64,000 nt of DNA from an uncultured Bacteroidia bacterium (GCA_965240855.1 CBDEMG010000060.1:8006-72005); one strand, 5' to 3'. Counted from the first letter of the stretch, positions 1 to 11,990 are shown. The notes: a model not told the origin generated them from the sequence alone. Program-made: numbers and translations.

Positions 1-54
1 GCGCTTTGTTGCTCCTATTACACTACGAACCTGTGTTATTTTTATTCTCGACAT
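1..54 (-). CDS. rpmD: 50S ribosomal protein L30, 5' fragment (gene runs off the window start)
   Basis: Reverse-strand ATG at 54-52 reads MSRIKITQVRSVIGATKR, an L30-type N-terminus. It lies 12 nt after the rpsE stop, in the expected S5-L30 position of the spc operon. Confidence 0.6.
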   Translation of the reverse strand, partial: MSRIKITQVRSVIGATKR

Positions 55-66
55 ATATCCTGCCTC

Positions 67-585
67 CTAGCCATTAAAGACCTTCGTCAATTCTATTCCT
101 CGCTGTTGACTCACCTCATAAGCATCTCGCAACTCCAAGAGTGCAGACATCGTTGCCTTCACCAAATTATGTGGATTAGAAGATCCTCTACTTTTTGCCA
201 AAACATTGCGAATTCCTACACTCTCCAAAACAGCACGCATTGCACCACCAGCTGTGACTCCCGTTCCTGCAGAAGCAGGACGTATCATTACTCTAGAACC
301 TCCATATCGCGCAGTCTGCTCATGTGGGATTGTTCCGTTCAAAACTGGAATCTTGAATAAATTCTTCTTCGCACTTTCAACTGCCTTGGCAATTGCAACA
401 GACACCTCATTCGCCTTTCCTAAACCATACCCAACTACTCCCTTCTCATCACCCACAACCACAACTACCGAAAAGCTTGCTGTCCGACCTCCCTTTGTAA
501 CTTTCGTTACTCTACTTATAGATACAACACGATCCTTCAATTCTAGATCTGTCGCACGAACTCTTGCGTTACGCTCAAAAGCCAT
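67..585 (-). CDS. rpsE: 30S ribosomal protein S5
   Basis: 172 aa with S5 motifs VTKVTKGGR and GYGLGKA. Sits between L18 and L30. Confidence 0.97.
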   Translation of the reverse strand: MAFERNARVRATDLELKDRVVSISRVTKVTKGGRTASFSVVVVVGDEKGVVGYGLGKANEVSVAIAKAVESAKKNLFKIPVLNGTIPHEQTARYGGSRVMIRPASAGTGVTAGGAMRAVLESVGIRNVLAKSRGSSNPHNLVKATMSALLELRDAYEVSQQRGIELTKVFNG

Positions 586-600
586 TCTACTCTCTTCTCC

Positions 601-960
601 TTAAAATTCTAAACCAGATTCACGGGCTGATTCCGCAAGTGCCTTTACGCGACCATGATACATATAGCCGTTGCGATCAAACACTACCGACTTTATACTT
701 TTCGACAATGCTACCTGTGCCGCCAAAACTCCCACAGCACGAGCTTGTTCTATCCCTGACATTCTCCCTTTTTCCTGTATCACCTTGCTTCTCGAAGAGG
801 CTGAAGCTAGTGTAACTCCCTGAGTATCGTCGATAAATTGAACATATATCTGTCCATTACTACGATATACACTCATGCGTGGACAATCTAAAGTCCCATA
901 TATCTTAAGCCGCGCTCTCTTCTTGATACGAATCCTACGCAATTCCTTCAATGTAGACAT
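601..960 (-). CDS. rplR: 50S ribosomal protein L18
   Basis: 119 aa with L18-type C-terminus [26 protein letters not shown]. In spc operon order. Confidence 0.96.
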   Translation of the reverse strand: MSTLKELRRIRIKKRARLKIYGTLDCPRMSVYRSNGQIYVQFIDDTQGVTLASASSRSKVIQEKGRMSGIEQARAVGVLAAQVALSKSIKSVVFDRNGYMYHGRVKALAESARESGLEF

Positions 961-978
961 TTACAAAACCTCCCACAA

Positions 979-1536
979 CTATTTCGATTGAGCCTTCTTA
1001 CCTGCTTTGCGTCTAATTTCTTCTCCTACAAAACGAATCCCCTTGCCCTTATAAGGTTCAGGAGGTCGAAGAGATCGCAATTTCGCAGCAACCATTCCAA
1101 GTAACTGTTTATCTGGGGAACGTAGCGTTACAATCGGATTTCCACGCTTCTCCTGTTTTGCTTCAACTGTCACCTGAGGAGGCATCATGAAATGGACATC
1201 ATGAGAAAATCCAAGACTCATCTGGAGAATATTGTTCTGTACTTCGGCACGAAAACCTACTCCAATTAATTCTTGCTCCAATACCCAACCTTTAGATACA
1301 CCATATACCATATTGTATATCAAAGCTCGATACAAACCATGCAAAGACTTATGACGCTTCTGTTCTGAAGGTCTACTCAACACGACTACATCTCCCTCTA
1401 CTTTCACAGTAATATCGGGATCAACGCGCTGTACCAGCTCTCCTAAAGGACCTTTCACGCTCACCACATTATCAACGCCAACCTTTACCGTTACGCCACT
1501 AGGTAAGTTTACAGGCTTATTTCCAATACGAGACAT
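979..1536 (-). CDS. rplF: 50S ribosomal protein L6
   Basis: 185 aa with N-terminus MSRIGNKPVNLPSGVTV and C-terminal PEPYKGKGIR. Confidence 0.97.
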   Translation of the reverse strand: MSRIGNKPVNLPSGVTVKVGVDNVVSVKGPLGELVQRVDPDITVKVEGDVVVLSRPSEQKRHKSLHGLYRALIYNMVYGVSKGWVLEQELIGVGFRAEVQNNILQMSLGFSHDVHFMMPPQVTVEAKQEKRGNPIVTLRSPDKQLLGMVAAKLRSLRPPEPYKGKGIRFVGEEIRRKAGKKAQSK

Positions 1537-1554
1537 TTATTCAAAATTTGCAAA

Positions 1555-1953
1555 CTAATAGACTACACACAATACCTCGCCCCCGATTCCACGAAGACGA
1601 GCCTCTTTCTCAGTCATTACACCTTGAGAAGTAGATAACACCGCTATCCCTAAATTGTTTAACACTCTAGGTAACTCCGATACGCCTACATACTTCCTCA
1701 ATCCAGAACGACTCACGCGCTGCAAATCTTTTATTGCATTACGACGTGTCCTCGGATCTATCTTCAAGGCAATCTTTATCACTCCTTGCTTACCATCCTC
1801 ATCATACTTATAATTCAATATATATCCTTGTTCATAAAGTATATGAGTGATACTCAACTTGATTTTTGACGAAGGTATTACCACTATACGATGTCCTGCA
1901 CGAACTGCATTACGCACACGCGTCAGATAATCTGCTATTGGATCCGTTATCAT
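1555..1953 (-). CDS. rpsH: 30S ribosomal protein S8
   Basis: 132 aa with N-terminus MITDPIADYLTRVRNA, typical of S8. Confidence 0.97.
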   Translation of the reverse strand: MITDPIADYLTRVRNAVRAGHRIVVIPSSKIKLSITHILYEQGYILNYKYDEDGKQGVIKIALKIDPRTRRNAIKDLQRVSRSGLRKYVGVSELPRVLNNLGIAVLSTSQGVMTEKEARLRGIGGEVLCVVY

Positions 1954-1973
1954 TGCTCTCTTTACTCTCTATA

Positions 1974-2243
1974 CTACCAACTAGCTTTCTTTACTCCAGG
2001 TATCAAGCCCTGCGAAGCCATCTCACGAAATGTTATACGACTTATTCCAAACTGGCGCATATATCCCCTAGGACGCCCCGTCAAACTACAACGATTATGC
2101 AAACGAGTAGCACTCGAATTCCTCGGCAACCGCTGCAAACCTACATAATCCCCTGTCTCCAACATACGTTTACGCTTCTCAGCATAACGAGCAACTAAAC
2201 GCGCACGACGTACCTCTCGCGCCTTCATAGACTCCTTTGCCAT
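1974..2243 (-). CDS. rpsN: 30S ribosomal protein S14 (long, non-zinc form)
   Basis: 89 aa with [17 protein letters not shown] and a terminal W. No CxxC pairs. Confidence 0.95.
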   Translation of the reverse strand: MAKESMKAREVRRARLVARYAEKRKRMLETGDYVGLQRLPRNSSATRLHNRCSLTGRPRGYMRQFGISRITFREMASQGLIPGVKKASW

Positions 2244-2244
2244 A

Positions 2245-2802
2245 CTAACTCTTCTTCGTTTTAAATGGTATTCCGAACTCTCTCAACAAAGCATACCCTT
2301 CCTCATCACTCGAAGCACTTGTTACAAATGTTATCTCAATTCCCATCAACTTCGATATCTTATCTATGTCTATTTCTGGAAATAATATCTGCTCCGAAAT
2401 CCCTAACGTATAATTTCCTCTTCCATCCATCCGCTCGGGCACACCCTGAAAGTCTCTTATACGAGGCAAAGATACATTAATCAAACGATCTAAGAACTCA
2501 TACATACGATCCCTACGCAATGTTACCATAGTCCCTATTGGCATTTTTCGACGCACCTTAAAAGCATTTATATCCTTCTTAGCACGTGTAACCACTGCAT
2601 GCTGACCTGCTATACTTGTAAGCTCATTCTGCGCTTGCTCTACCAACTTACGATCCTCTGTGGCTCCCTTTACCCCTTGATTCAATACAATCTTTACAAT
2701 GCGCGGCACCTGCATCACACTCGTATAACCAAATGTCGACATCATCTTCGGCACTACTACATCAGAGTAGTGTTTCTTCAACGTTGGTATATATCCCATC
2801 AA
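2245..2802 (-). CDS. rplE: 50S ribosomal protein L5
   Basis: 185 aa containing LPRIRDFQG plus L5-type sequence. Overlaps the rplX stop by 4 nt. Confidence 0.96.
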   Translation of the reverse strand: MMGYIPTLKKHYSDVVVPKMMSTFGYTSVMQVPRIVKIVLNQGVKGATEDRKLVEQAQNELTSIAGQHAVVTRAKKDINAFKVRRKMPIGTMVTLRRDRMYEFLDRLINVSLPRIRDFQGVPERMDGRGNYTLGISEQILFPEIDIDKISKLMGIEITFVTSASSDEEGYALLREFGIPFKTKKS

Positions 2803-3140
2803 CGGATCTCCTTATTCGATTTCTTAGAGTAACGAACCAACTTCCCCGACTCCGAACGACGCCGACCTACTCGGGTTGGCTTGCCATTCTCTGGATCTAT
2901 CAACATCAAATTTGATATATGTATAGACGCTTCGCGTTCAACGATTCCCCCCTGCGGATTCTGTGCAGATGGCTTCTCATAATGTGTTACCATATTTACA
3001 CCCTCCACTATCGCCCTATTCTCTCGTGGGATTACTTCCAGCACACGACCCCGATGATGTTTATAACTACCTGATATTACATATACTACATCACCTTTAC
3101 GTATATGCAAACGCGGCTTTATCCCCAACTTTCTTTGCAT
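2799..3140 (-). CDS. rplX: 50S ribosomal protein L24
   Basis: 113 aa with KOW motif [21 protein letters not shown]. Confidence 0.95.
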   Translation of the reverse strand: MQRKLGIKPRLHIRKGDVVYVISGSYKHHRGRVLEVIPRENRAIVEGVNMVTHYEKPSAQNPQGGIVEREASIHISNLMLIDPENGKPTRVGRRRSESGKLVRYSKKSNKEIR

Positions 3141-3154
3141 TACTCTCTATTCTA

Positions 3155-3523
3155 TTATAATACCTCCTCTGCCAAAGAGGTAAGCTTCGAAAAATTCTCA
3201 CGCAACTCCCGCGCTACTGGTCCAGACACGCGCGTTCCCAACATCTCATCCTTACCCTTCTGCAGTAGTACACATGCATTGTCCTGAAAACGAATATACG
3301 ACCCATCACTCCGACGTACTTCCTTCTTAACTCTTACTACCACTGCTTTGTGCACCTCTCCTTTTTTGGCATTGGCACCTGGACGAGAGCTCTTTACACT
3401 CACAACAATCTTATCTCCTAATGATGCATAACGACGTTTTGTGCCTCCTAAAACTCTTATACACAACACCTCTGTCGCTCCACTATTGTCTGCTACTGAC
3501 AATCTCGTCTCTTGCTGTATCAT
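3155..3523 (-). CDS. rplN: 50S ribosomal protein L14
   Basis: 122 aa starting [16 protein letters not shown]. Confidence 0.97.
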   Translation of the reverse strand: MIQQETRLSVADNSGATEVLCIRVLGGTKRRYASLGDKIVVSVKSSRPGANAKKGEVHKAVVVRVKKEVRRSDGSYIRFQDNACVLLQKGKDEMLGTRVSGPVARELRENFSKLTSLAEEVL

Positions 3524-3525
3524 CG

Positions 3526-3789
3526 CTATCTAGCTCTTTCCACTATTTCTACTAAACGCCAACACTTCGTTTTACTTAAGGGACGTGTTTCCATTATCCG
3601 TACAACATCACCCACATTACATGCATTCTCTGCATCATGTGCATAAAAACGTGTTCTACGCTTTACAAATTTCCCATATTTTGCATGTCGCACGCGACGC
3701 TCTATTTGCACAACAATCGTCTTATCCATACGGTTGCTTACAACTATGCCCTGACGCTCTTTACGTAGATTACGAACTAATTCCGACAT
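3526..3789 (-). CDS. rpsQ: 30S ribosomal protein S17
   Basis: 87 aa with [14 protein letters not shown] and [14 protein letters not shown]. Confidence 0.96.
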   Translation of the reverse strand: MSELVRNLRKERQGIVVSNRMDKTIVVQIERRVRHAKYGKFVKRRTRFYAHDAENACNVGDVVRIMETRPLSKTKCWRLVEIVERAR

Positions 3790-3804
3790 ATTTCTTATCC
3801 CGAC

Positions 3805-4014
3805 CTAACTATTTTCTTTACTCTCTGTACGAAGACGCTCCGTATAAATTGTCAACATACGCGCTATAGTACGCCGACACTCTCGAATCTCCATCGGATT
3901 TTCCAAAGGTGTTGTAGCATGATGCATCTTTAAACGATGCAAACGTTCTCGCTCACTTTCTATACGCTCTGGTAATTCACTCAAAGGAATCTCTTTTATC
4001 TCACTACTCTTCAT
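3805..4014 (-). CDS. rpmC: 50S ribosomal protein L29
   Basis: 69 aa helical protein located between L16 and S17. 4-nt overlap with rplP. Confidence 0.9.
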   Translation of the reverse strand: MKSSEIKEIPLSELPERIESERERLHRLKMHHATTPLENPMEIRECRRTIARMLTIYTERLRTESKENS

Positions 4015-4451
4015 CGTACATAAACTTCACTATTCTCAGTATAATCTCGACGAATAACAAATTTCGTCACTACTGGCAATTTCTGTGCTGCAAGCCGCAA
4101 TGCCTCACGAGCAACCTCCAAAGGTACCCCATCCGCCTCTATTATTACACGACCCGGCGTCACTGGTGCTACAAAACCCTCTGGAGCTCCCTTACCCTTC
4201 CCCATTCGCACTTCGGCTGGTTTGCTCGTCACTGGCTTATCAGGAAATACTCGTATCCATATCTGCCCCTCACGTCTCATATAACGCGTCACTGCTTGAC
4301 GAGCTGCCTCAATCTGACGACCTGTCAACCACGCTTGTGCCAGGGTCTTTATTCCAAATGATCCGAAAGCTAACTGATGCCCACGATGAGCAATTCCTTT
4401 CATACGACCCTTCTGCTGCTTTCTAAACTTCGTTTTCTTCGGCTGTAACAT
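4011..4451 (-). CDS. rplP: 50S ribosomal protein L16
   Basis: 146 aa starting [19 protein letters not shown]. Confidence 0.97.
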   Translation of the reverse strand: MLQPKKTKFRKQQKGRMKGIAHRGHQLAFGSFGIKTLAQAWLTGRQIEAARQAVTRYMRREGQIWIRVFPDKPVTSKPAEVRMGKGKGAPEGFVAPVTPGRVIIEADGVPLEVAREALRLAAQKLPVVTKFVIRRDYTENSEVYVR

Positions 4452-4476
4452 CTCTCTGCGCTCTCCTTTTTACGAT

Positions 4477-5241
4477 CTAACGACTACCTCGACGACCTCC
4501 TCGCGCATTATCTGCTCGTCCTGAGCCGCGATTCATACGTCCTCCACGATTCCCTTGCATCGCATTTGAAGGAGTCTGACCAAAATTAGGCGATAAATCC
4601 CGACGACCATAAATCTCACCACGAAAAATCCACACCTTCACTCCTATTATCCCAACCTTGGTTAATGCCTCTGCTAAAGCATAATCAATGTCCGCACGAA
4701 AAGTATGGAGCGGAATACGTCCCTCTTTCACTGTTTCCGTACGAGCCATCTCAGCCCCCCCTACACGACCTGCAATCTGTATCTTTATACCATCCGCACC
4801 TGCACGCATAGTCGCCGCTACCGCCATCTTCATCGCTCGACGAAAAGACGCTCTACCTGCAAGCTGATGTGCTACATTATGTGCCACTAAACTCGCTTCT
4901 AACTCTGGACGCTTAATCTCATATATATTTACCTGTACATCATTAAGATCCTTCTGAGTTAACTTACTCAATTCAGCACGCAACAAATCTACATCCTGTC
5001 CACCCCTACCTATTATTGTCCCTGGACGCGAAGTATGTATTGTCACAGTCACCAACTTCAAAGTGCGCTCTATTACCACTCGAGAAACTCCTGCATTCGA
5101 TAGCTTTGTACGAAGATAACTACGTATCTTCGCATCCTCCGCTAGATTCGATGCATAGTCTCTACGACCACCATACCAACTCGAATCCCAACCCTTTACT
5201 ATACCTAAACGGTTGCCTACTGGATTTACCTTCTGTCCCAT
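4477..5241 (-). CDS. rpsC: 30S ribosomal protein S3 (with Gly/Arg-rich C-terminal tail)
   Basis: 254 aa starting [23 protein letters not shown], with a KH domain and a tail [23 protein letters not shown]. Confidence 0.97.
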   Translation of the reverse strand: MGQKVNPVGNRLGIVKGWDSSWYGGRRDYASNLAEDAKIRSYLRTKLSNAGVSRVVIERTLKLVTVTIHTSRPGTIIGRGGQDVDLLRAELSKLTQKDLNDVQVNIYEIKRPELEASLVAHNVAHQLAGRASFRRAMKMAVAATMRAGADGIKIQIAGRVGGAEMARTETVKEGRIPLHTFRADIDYALAEALTKVGIIGVKVWIFRGEIYGRRDLSPNFGQTPSNAMQGNRGGRMNRGSGRADNARGGRRGSR

Positions 5242-5242
5242 A

Positions 5243-5698
5243 CTACTTCTCCGTTTCTTCTTTCACTCCAACCGAAGCTTTACACTCCTTCTTTCCTGCA
5301 CTCACTATCGGCTTCCCTACTTCCAATGTTATATGACAAGAACGCTTCAATATCCTATTAGCACGTCCCTGAGCTCGAGGTCGAATCCGTTTCAACATCG
5401 CAGCACCATCTACCATTATCGAACGAACTACCAACCCTTCCTCATCCACACTCTTATCAGGATTTTTCACCCCCCAATTAGCCAAAGCTGATACCAATAA
5501 CTTCTCAACTCTGGGCGCACATCCCATTGTCGAATAACGCAACATTCCTAAAGCCTTATTTACCTCTACGCCTCGTATCAGATCTGCAACCAAACGAACT
5601 TTTCTAGGAGACAGTGGACAATTACGTAATATTGCAAAACTTCGCTCTCGCTTCGCTTCTGCTCGGCGAGCCGCCGAAATTGCCTTTCTCTTTCCCAT
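5243..5698 (-). CDS. rplV: 50S ribosomal protein L22 (C-terminally extended)
   Basis: 151 aa with an L22 core ([14 protein letters not shown]) plus a roughly 25-aa Lys/Glu-rich extension. Confidence 0.95.
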   Translation of the reverse strand: MGKRKAISAARRAEAKRERSFAILRNCPLSPRKVRLVADLIRGVEVNKALGMLRYSTMGCAPRVEKLLVSALANWGVKNPDKSVDEEGLVVRSIMVDGAAMLKRIRPRAQGRANRILKRSCHITLEVGKPIVSAGKKECKASVGVKEETEK

Positions 5699-5714
5699 TT
5701 CTTAATCTCCCACA

Positions 5715-5987
5715 CTACTTTCGATTCTTATTCCCCGCATGACCTCTAAAGGTACGCGTGGGTGCAAACTCACCTAATCTATGACCTATCATATTCTCAG
5801 TTATATAAACTGGAATAAACTTATTGCCGTTATGAACATTGATCGTATGACCCACAAAATCCGGAGATATCTCCGTCGCACGAGACCATGTCTTTAATGC
5901 TTGCTTCGTATTTTTTTCATTCATTGCCAATATTCGTCGCTCCAACTTATAAGCAATGAATGGTCCCTTTTTCACTGAACGACTCAT
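5715..5987 (-). CDS. rpsS: 30S ribosomal protein S19
   Basis: 90 aa with [10 protein letters not shown] and [13 protein letters not shown]. Confidence 0.97.
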   Translation of the reverse strand: MSRSVKKGPFIAYKLERRILAMNEKNTKQALKTWSRATEISPDFVGHTINVHNGNKFIPVYITENMIGHRLGEFAPTRTFRGHAGNKNRK

Positions 5988-6000
5988 CTATTTCTCTCCA

Positions 6001-6843
6001 CTACGCTTTTTTACCATTGCCACTTCTACGACGCGTTACTATAAAACGACTCGATGGCTTCGTCGCCTTACGCGTCTTATAGCCCTTAGCTAACAAACCC
6101 TTACGCGAGCGAGGATGACCACCCGATGCTTTACCTTCGCCCCCCCCCATAGGGTGATCCACTGGGTTCATCGCAACACCTCGAGTATGAGGACGTATAC
6201 CCAACCAACGACTATGACCTGCCTTTCCTGCCTTCTCCAAATTATGTTCTACATTAGAAACTTGCCCTATCGTCGCCTTACAACTCTGCAATATCATCCT
6301 TACCTCACCACTCGGCATCCGCAACGTAGCGTACTTACCTTCACGCGCCAACAAAACAGCTGAAGTTCCTGCACTACGCACCAATACTCCTCCACCACCT
6401 GGGCGCAATTCTATATTGTGAACGACAGTACCTAACGGAATCTCTGATAAATACAATGTATTACCTACCTCAGGATCTATTCCTCGCCCAGATTCTACTA
6501 TCTGTCCTACTTTCAAACCAGCTGGAGCTACTATATAACGCTTTTGTCCATCTGGGTAACATACTAACGATATCCGTGCTGAACGATTAGGATCGTATTC
6601 TATACTTTTCACCATAGCACGTTCGCCATCACGATCCCTGTAAAAATCTATCAAACGATAACGACGCTTATGACCGCCCCCAATGTGACGCATCGTCATC
6701 TTACCTGTATTATTACGTCCACCAGAACGTCGTAAAGGCAACAGCAAAGATTTCTCTGGCGTACTGGTCGTAATCTCAGAAAAACTACTCACACTGCGAT
6801 GACGCTGTCCTGGCGTCACTGGTTTCAACTTACGTACTGCCAT
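6001..6843 (-). CDS. rplB: 50S ribosomal protein L2
   Basis: 280 aa with [17 protein letters not shown]. Confidence 0.98.
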   Translation of the reverse strand: MAVRKLKPVTPGQRHRSVSSFSEITTSTPEKSLLLPLRRSGGRNNTGKMTMRHIGGGHKRRYRLIDFYRDRDGERAMVKSIEYDPNRSARISLVCYPDGQKRYIVAPAGLKVGQIVESGRGIDPEVGNTLYLSEIPLGTVVHNIELRPGGGGVLVRSAGTSAVLLAREGKYATLRMPSGEVRMILQSCKATIGQVSNVEHNLEKAGKAGHSRWLGIRPHTRGVAMNPVDHPMGGGEGKASGGHPRSRKGLLAKGYKTRKATKPSSRFIVTRRRSGNGKKA

Positions 6844-6849
6844 TCTTAT

Positions 6850-7152
6850 TTAGATATTACTAAAGAAATCTATACTATCTTCACTATGCACTGTTACTAT
6901 AGCTTTCTTATAACTATTAGTACGACCCAAGAAGTAACCTCGTTTGGTTCTACGTGCACGCAACTTCCCCTCATAACGCATCGTATTCACTGCTTCTACA
7001 CGAACTCCATAAAATTCCTCAACTGCATGAGCAATCTCTATACGATTCGCATGTGCATCTACAATAAAAGCATAACGATGAAGACGCTCAGATTGCTGCG
7101 TCATCTTCTCTGATATGACAGGACGTATCAATATCCTACTTACTCTACTCAT
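6850..7152 (-). CDS. rplW: 50S ribosomal protein L23
   Basis: 100 aa located between L4 and L2. Overlaps rplD by 8 nt. Confidence 0.92.
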   Translation of the reverse strand: MSRVSRILIRPVISEKMTQQSERLHRYAFIVDAHANRIEIAHAVEEFYGVRVEAVNTMRYEGKLRARRTKRGYFLGRTNSYKKAIVTVHSEDSIDFFSNI

Positions 7153-7792
7153 TTACTTCCTCTCTTCCAAACAAAGACGACAATTCTCCCAAAGCACTCA
7201 CTGTCAACACCACGACCTGAGAATCTAATATACTATACGTATTCAACAAATCTACTGGCAACACACGTACATTCGATAAATTTCGTGCTGACAAAGATAC
7301 AAAAGAATCTGCTTCTGGTAATAGAAACAACGATTTCTTACTATCCACACGTAAATTCTTACATAACGACAAAAACTCTCTCGTACTCGGTTTCTCAAAC
7401 TGTAAATCCTCCACTACAACAATTGCTTCATTAGCAGCTCGATCCGATAATGCGCCGCGACGTGCCAAATCCTTCTCTTGCCTATTCAATTTAAAACGAT
7501 AATCCCGAGGTTTAGGTCCAAATACTCGCGCTCCCCCCTTAAACAAAGGAGAATTAATATCACCCGAACGTGCACCTCCCGTCCCTTTCTGACGCTTCAA
7601 CTTCCGAGTACTTCCAGATAACTCACTCCGTTCCTTCGATTTATGAGTTCCTTGTCTCTGATTTGCCAAATACTGACGTACTGCCATATACAGTACATGA
7701 TGATTTGGCGCTATACCAAATATAGAAGCGGGCAATGTCACTACCTTACCTGTAGGTTCGCCTGCTCTATTCAATACATTCAATTCCATCAA
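7145..7792 (-). CDS. rplD: 50S ribosomal protein L4
   Basis: 215 aa with RQGTHKSKERSELSGSTRKLKRQKGTGGAR. Confidence 0.96.
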   Translation of the reverse strand: MMELNVLNRAGEPTGKVVTLPASIFGIAPNHHVLYMAVRQYLANQRQGTHKSKERSELSGSTRKLKRQKGTGGARSGDINSPLFKGGARVFGPKPRDYRFKLNRQEKDLARRGALSDRAANEAIVVVEDLQFEKPSTREFLSLCKNLRVDSKKSLFLLPEADSFVSLSARNLSNVRVLPVDLLNTYSILDSQVVVLTVSALGELSSLFGREEVNE

Positions 7793-7802
7793 CAGTACTC
7801 TC

Positions 7803-8423
7803 CTACTTATTTATGATTACTACCGATCCCTTCGCCCCTGGAATCGAACCCTTCACTAACAATATATTAGATTCTGGAATTATACGTATCACCCGCAAAT
7901 TCGATATCGTCACTTTATTACCTCCTGTACGACCAGCCATTCGCAAACCTGGAAATACTCGACTCGGATAAGAAGATGCACCTACAGACCCAGGTGCTCG
8001 CTGGCGATTATGTTGTCCATGAGTCGTCTCGCCTACTCCAGAAAAATGATGACGCTTTACAACTCCTTGAAATCCCTTACCCTTTGATATTCCTTGTATA
8101 TCCACCCACTCAACCCCCTCTAATACATCACTCAAGGTTATTACATCACCTAAACTATACTCTTTCTCCCACTCCTGAAATTCATGAAGTATCCTCTTAG
8201 GTGTCGTATTGGCTTTCGCAAAATGCCCTCTCAATGCGGATGTCGTACGCTTTTCCTTCTTCTCTCCAAAACCTAATTGCAAAGCAGTATAGCCATCCAC
8301 AGCTTCTGTTCGTACTTGCGTCACCACACATGGTCCCGCCTCTATCACCGTGCAGGGTATATTACGCCCCGATGCATCGAATACAGAAGTCATACCCACT
8401 TTACGCCCTATTATTCCTGCCAT
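7803..8423 (-). CDS. rplC: 50S ribosomal protein L3
   Basis: 206 aa with [10 protein letters not shown] and [12 protein letters not shown]. Confidence 0.97.
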   Translation of the reverse strand: MAGIIGRKVGMTSVFDASGRNIPCTVIEAGPCVVTQVRTEAVDGYTALQLGFGEKKEKRTTSALRGHFAKANTTPKRILHEFQEWEKEYSLGDVITLSDVLEGVEWVDIQGISKGKGFQGVVKRHHFSGVGETTHGQHNRQRAPGSVGASSYPSRVFPGLRMAGRTGGNKVTISNLRVIRIIPESNILLVKGSIPGAKGSVVIINK

Positions 8424-8438
8424 TCTCTCACCCTCCTT

Positions 8439-8753
8439 CTATTTTACCTCTATCTTGACAGAAACTCCACTTGGAAGTTCAAGCTTCATTAAGGCATTCA
8501 CCGTCTGGGTCCCGTGATTATACACATCCAATAGTCGTTTGTAAGAATCTAATCGAAACTGCTCGCGCGATTTCTTATTCACAAACGTTGAACGATTCAC
8601 CGTAAAAATCCGACGATGTGTCGGCAACGGTATCGGTCCGCATACCACAGCGCCTGTCAACTTCACTGTCTTTACTATTCGTTCCACAGCACTATCTAAC
8701 AGGTTATGATCGTACGAACTTAACTTGATACGTATCTTTCCACTACTCATCAA
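8439..8753 (-). CDS. rpsJ: 30S ribosomal protein S10
   Basis: 104 aa with [14 protein letters not shown] and GPIPLPT. Confidence 0.97.
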   Translation of the reverse strand: MMSSGKIRIKLSSYDHNLLDSAVERIVKTVKLTGAVVCGPIPLPTHRRIFTVNRSTFVNKKSREQFRLDSYKRLLDVYNHGTQTVNALMKLELPSGVSVKIEVK

Positions 8754-8765
8754 TTAAATCCATAT

Positions 8766-10898
8766 TTACTTTTTCACACTCTTTGCGAGATTTTTTTTCT
8801 CTATCACTTCCTTAGCCAAATTCTCTGGCAAAGCCTCAAAATGATCAAACTCCATTACTGAATACGCACGACCTTGTGTCAAAGTCCGGAGTGCAGTTAC
8901 ATAACCAAACATATTGGCCAACGGTACTACACACACAATCTGATGCGCACTCGCCTCTTCAACACTATCTCGAATCAAGCCTCTTCGTTTGTTTATATCT
9001 CCTATAACATCACCAACATAATCCTCTGGCGTCGTTATATTCAATAACATCATAGGCTCCATCAATACTGGATTTGCCTTTACACAGGCTTCACGAAAAG
9101 CCTGTTTTGCACACAACTCAAAAGACATCTGATCTGAATCTACTGGATGATACGACCCATCTTTCAAGACTATTTTCAAACTCGTCATATCATAACCAGC
9201 CAACGGACCATTTTTCATCGCAATCTCAAATCCCTTCTGTACCGATGGAATGAATTCCTTAGGTATATTACCACCCTTTACCTCATCCTCAAACTGCAAG
9301 CCTTCTACCCCGACATCAGCAGGTGACATCTCAAAAATTATATCCGCAAATTTACCTCTCCCACCTGTCTGCTTCTTATACACAGATCTATGCTCAACTG
9401 AAGTCGTAATTGCTTCACGATAAGACACCTGCGGCTCACCCAACTTTATTTCTAACTTCTTTTTCTCCTGAAGCTCCCCTATTCGAACTTCAAGATGAAG
9501 TTCTCCCATCCCCGCAATTATTATCTGATCCGTCTCCTGATCAGTGTAAAAACGAAAAGATGGATCCTCCTCCATTATTGCCAATAACCCCTTCTCCAAC
9601 TCTGCTATATCAGATTGACGCTGAACCTCTATAGACATCTTAATCACCGGTTCAGGGAAATTTATCGCCGACAACAACAACGGATGCTTTTCGTCACATA
9701 GCGTATCTCCTGTCTTTAATTCCTTCACACCCTGCAATGCACAGATATCTCCAGTATAACATTCTTGTATCTCCTCTTTCTTTCCCGCATTCATCTGATA
9801 CAAACGCCCAGTTCGTACTTTACTCTTACTACGCATATTATATACCGTAGCACCCGTACTCAATACACCACTATAAACGCGCAGAAAGATTAATTGTCCA
9901 AAATCACTCTGCATAATCTTAAAAACAAGTGCACTAAACGGTGCATCTGGCGAAATTTCACGAATCTCGACTTTTTCAGCGTCATCAGCATTCATCGCTT
10001 CTATATGCCCCTTATCTATTGGACTCGGCAAAAAAAGCGTCACTGCATCCATTAAACGCTCCACTCCTATATCTCGTTTAGCTGAGCCACACATTACAGG
10101 AACTATTGCTCGCGATAATGTCGCCTTGCGCACTAACGGATATATCTCGTCTGCTGTTATCGTACTCGGATCTGTCAAATACTTTTCCATAAAAGTTTCA
10201 TCCAAATCCGCTATCGCCTCCAACAACTGTTCGCGCCCCTCACGTATCTCCTTCTCCAAATCTGCATATTCTTCACCCGTCGGAATTGGGATCTCCAACA
10301 TATCTGGATACTTCGATTTCGGATCTTTTAGCACCCACTCATATGCTTTCAACGTTATCAGATCAACTACACCTCTAAACGAAGCTTCATGCCCTATTGG
10401 AATCTGGATCGGACATGGCGTCACGCCAAGACGTTTCTTCATCTGTTCCAATACAGAATGAAAATTCGCGCCATCGCGATCCATCTTGTTCACAAACGCT
10501 ATCTTAGGAACTCCATAACGCTCAGACTGACGCCACACTGACTCACTCTGAGGTTGAACTCCACCAACAGCACAAAAAACAGCAACTGCCCCATCCAGAA
10601 CACGCAAACAACGCTCCACTTCTACCGCAAAATCCACGTGACCAGGTGTATCTATCAAATTAAACTGGTAAGTCTTAGACTGACATGCCCACGCAAATGT
10701 CGTTGCCGCAGATGTGATCGTTATTCCACGCTCTTTCTCTGCTGTCAAATAATCCATAGTCGCTGTTCCATCATGCGACTCTCCTATCTTATGCGTCTTC
10801 CCCGAAAGAAACAACATGCGCTCAGACACAGTCGTCTTACCTGCATCTATATGAGCCATCACACCCACATTACGTGTCAACGCTAAATCCCTACCCAT
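8766..10898 (-). CDS. fusA: Translation elongation factor G
   Basis: 710 aa with GTPase motifs AHIDAGKTT, DTPGHVDF and NKMD. Located between rpsG and rpsJ. Confidence 0.97.
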   Translation of the reverse strand: MGRDLALTRNVGVMAHIDAGKTTVSERMLFLSGKTHKIGESHDGTATMDYLTAEKERGITITSAATTFAWACQSKTYQFNLIDTPGHVDFAVEVERCLRVLDGAVAVFCAVGGVQPQSESVWRQSERYGVPKIAFVNKMDRDGANFHSVLEQMKKRLGVTPCPIQIPIGHEASFRGVVDLITLKAYEWVLKDPKSKYPDMLEIPIPTGEEYADLEKEIREGREQLLEAIADLDETFMEKYLTDPSTITADEIYPLVRKATLSRAIVPVMCGSAKRDIGVERLMDAVTLFLPSPIDKGHIEAMNADDAEKVEIREISPDAPFSALVFKIMQSDFGQLIFLRVYSGVLSTGATVYNMRSKSKVRTGRLYQMNAGKKEEIQECYTGDICALQGVKELKTGDTLCDEKHPLLLSAINFPEPVIKMSIEVQRQSDIAELEKGLLAIMEEDPSFRFYTDQETDQIIIAGMGELHLEVRIGELQEKKKLEIKLGEPQVSYREAITTSVEHRSVYKKQTGGRGKFADIIFEMSPADVGVEGLQFEDEVKGGNIPKEFIPSVQKGFEIAMKNGPLAGYDMTSLKIVLKDGSYHPVDSDQMSFELCAKQAFREACVKANPVLMEPMMLLNITTPEDYVGDVIGDINKRRGLIRDSVEEASAHQIVCVVPLANMFGYVTALRTLTQGRAYSVMEFDHFEALPENLAKEVIEKKNLAKSVKK

Positions 10899-10940
10899 TA
10901 ATGTAATATCCTATTCTTAATACTACTTCACAATACTTTC

Positions 10941-11417
10941 CTATCGACGATAATGCGCAAATGCTTTATTAGCCTCAGCCATTCTATGCAACTCCTCCAT
11001 TCTTCGATAGGCTGCTCCTTCCTTATGATAAGCAGCTATTATCTCTGCTGCCAATTTCTCACTCATACTATGACCAGAACGCTTACGCGCTGCATTGATC
11101 ATATTCTTCATAGCAAGACTCACTTTACGTTCTGGGCGGACTTCTTGAGGAATCGGCATATTCGTTCCTCCAACCCGACGACTCCGCACCTCAAGCTGAG
11201 GCGTTATCTCTAATAGCGCCTCTCGCCAAATTTCTAACGCTGACTTCCCTTCAGAATTCATCTTCTCGCCTACCAGATCTATAGCTCTATAAAATATATC
11301 AAAAGCTATACTCTTCTTACCATCATACATCAAATGGTTTACAAAACGCGTCACCTCTACGTCTGAATATGTCGGATCTGGTAACAATACTCGCTTCTTT
11401 GGCTTACTCTTTCTCAT
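10941..11417 (-). CDS. rpsG: 30S ribosomal protein S7
   Basis: 158 aa with an S7-type sequence, downstream of rpsL. Confidence 0.96.
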   Translation of the reverse strand: MRKSKPKKRVLLPDPTYSDVEVTRFVNHLMYDGKKSIAFDIFYRAIDLVGEKMNSEGKSALEIWREALLEITPQLEVRSRRVGGTNMPIPQEVRPERKVSLAMKNMINAARKRSGHSMSEKLAAEIIAAYHKEGAAYRRMEELHRMAEANKAFAHYRR

Positions 11418-11433
11418 ATCTCAACTCTCAATT

Positions 11434-11811
11434 CTATTTACTTTTAGGACGCTTAGCTCCATACTTCGAACGACGCTGACGACGTGCATCTACTCCCGAT
11501 GCATCCATCGTTCCGCGAATCAAATGATAACGCACTCCTGGCAAATCCTTTACTCTACCGCCTCGAACTAGAACCACCGAGTGTTCCTGCAGATTATGCC
11601 CTTCTCCTGGAATATACGCATTCACCTCTTTCCCATTACACAACTTCACACGCGCTACCTTACGCATCGCCGAATTAGGTTTCTTAGGTGTCGTCGTGTA
11701 CACACGCACACACACACCATGACGCTGAGGGCAAGCATCCAATGCAGGAGCCTTACTCGAAGACTCCAACACTGTACGACCCTTTCTTACTAACTGTTGT
11801 ATTGTTGGCAT
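11434..11811 (-). CDS. rpsL: 30S ribosomal protein S12
   Basis: 125 aa with [12 protein letters not shown] and [11 protein letters not shown]. Confidence 0.98.
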   Translation of the reverse strand: MPTIQQLVRKGRTVLESSSKAPALDACPQRHGVCVRVYTTTPKKPNSAMRKVARVKLCNGKEVNAYIPGEGHNLQEHSVVLVRGGRVKDLPGVRYHLIRGTMDASGVDARRQRRSKYGAKRPKSK

Positions 11812-11843
11812 CTATACTATATACTTAGCTACAAAAACTAAAG

Positions 11844-11851
11844 CAAAGTTA
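11844..11851 (-). promoter_or_regulatory. Candidate Bacteroidota-type -7 promoter box (TAACTTTG) for the rpsL operon
   Basis: Plus-strand CAAAGTTA is TAACTTTG on the coding strand and matches the TAnnTTTG consensus. It lies about 33 nt upstream of the rpsL ATG. Confidence 0.4.
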
Positions 11852-11950
11852 GCAACTATGCTCAACACCACCAAAAGTTTACGACACTATATTATACCAA
11901 AAACTAAACTTTGCATATCCCATAATTCCTAAACCTCATTCAACACACAT

Positions 11951-11990
11951 AAAAAAAAGGACTCTACTCCTAGTCCCTCTTTTTTTACAC
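11951..11990 (-). terminator. Weak hairpin flanked by A8/T7 runs (possible bidirectional terminator)
   Basis: Minus strand reads GGACT-AGGAGTAG-AGTCC followed by TTTTTTTT. The stem is only 5 bp. It lies about 380 nt downstream of the dprA-like stop. Confidence 0.3.

Noticed and set aside
206-604. 132-aa plus-strand ORF, and many similar plus-strand ORFs across 1-30 kb (for example 4085-4426, 10126-10461, 20815-21291, 22160-22609, 25646-26242, 27799-28185)
   Set aside because: All lie antisense to strongly supported ribosomal, T9SS, topA or groEL genes. Their translations are low-complexity (Ser/Pro/Leu/Thr/His-rich) with no motifs. They are open only because the plus strand is G-poor, which depletes stop codons.
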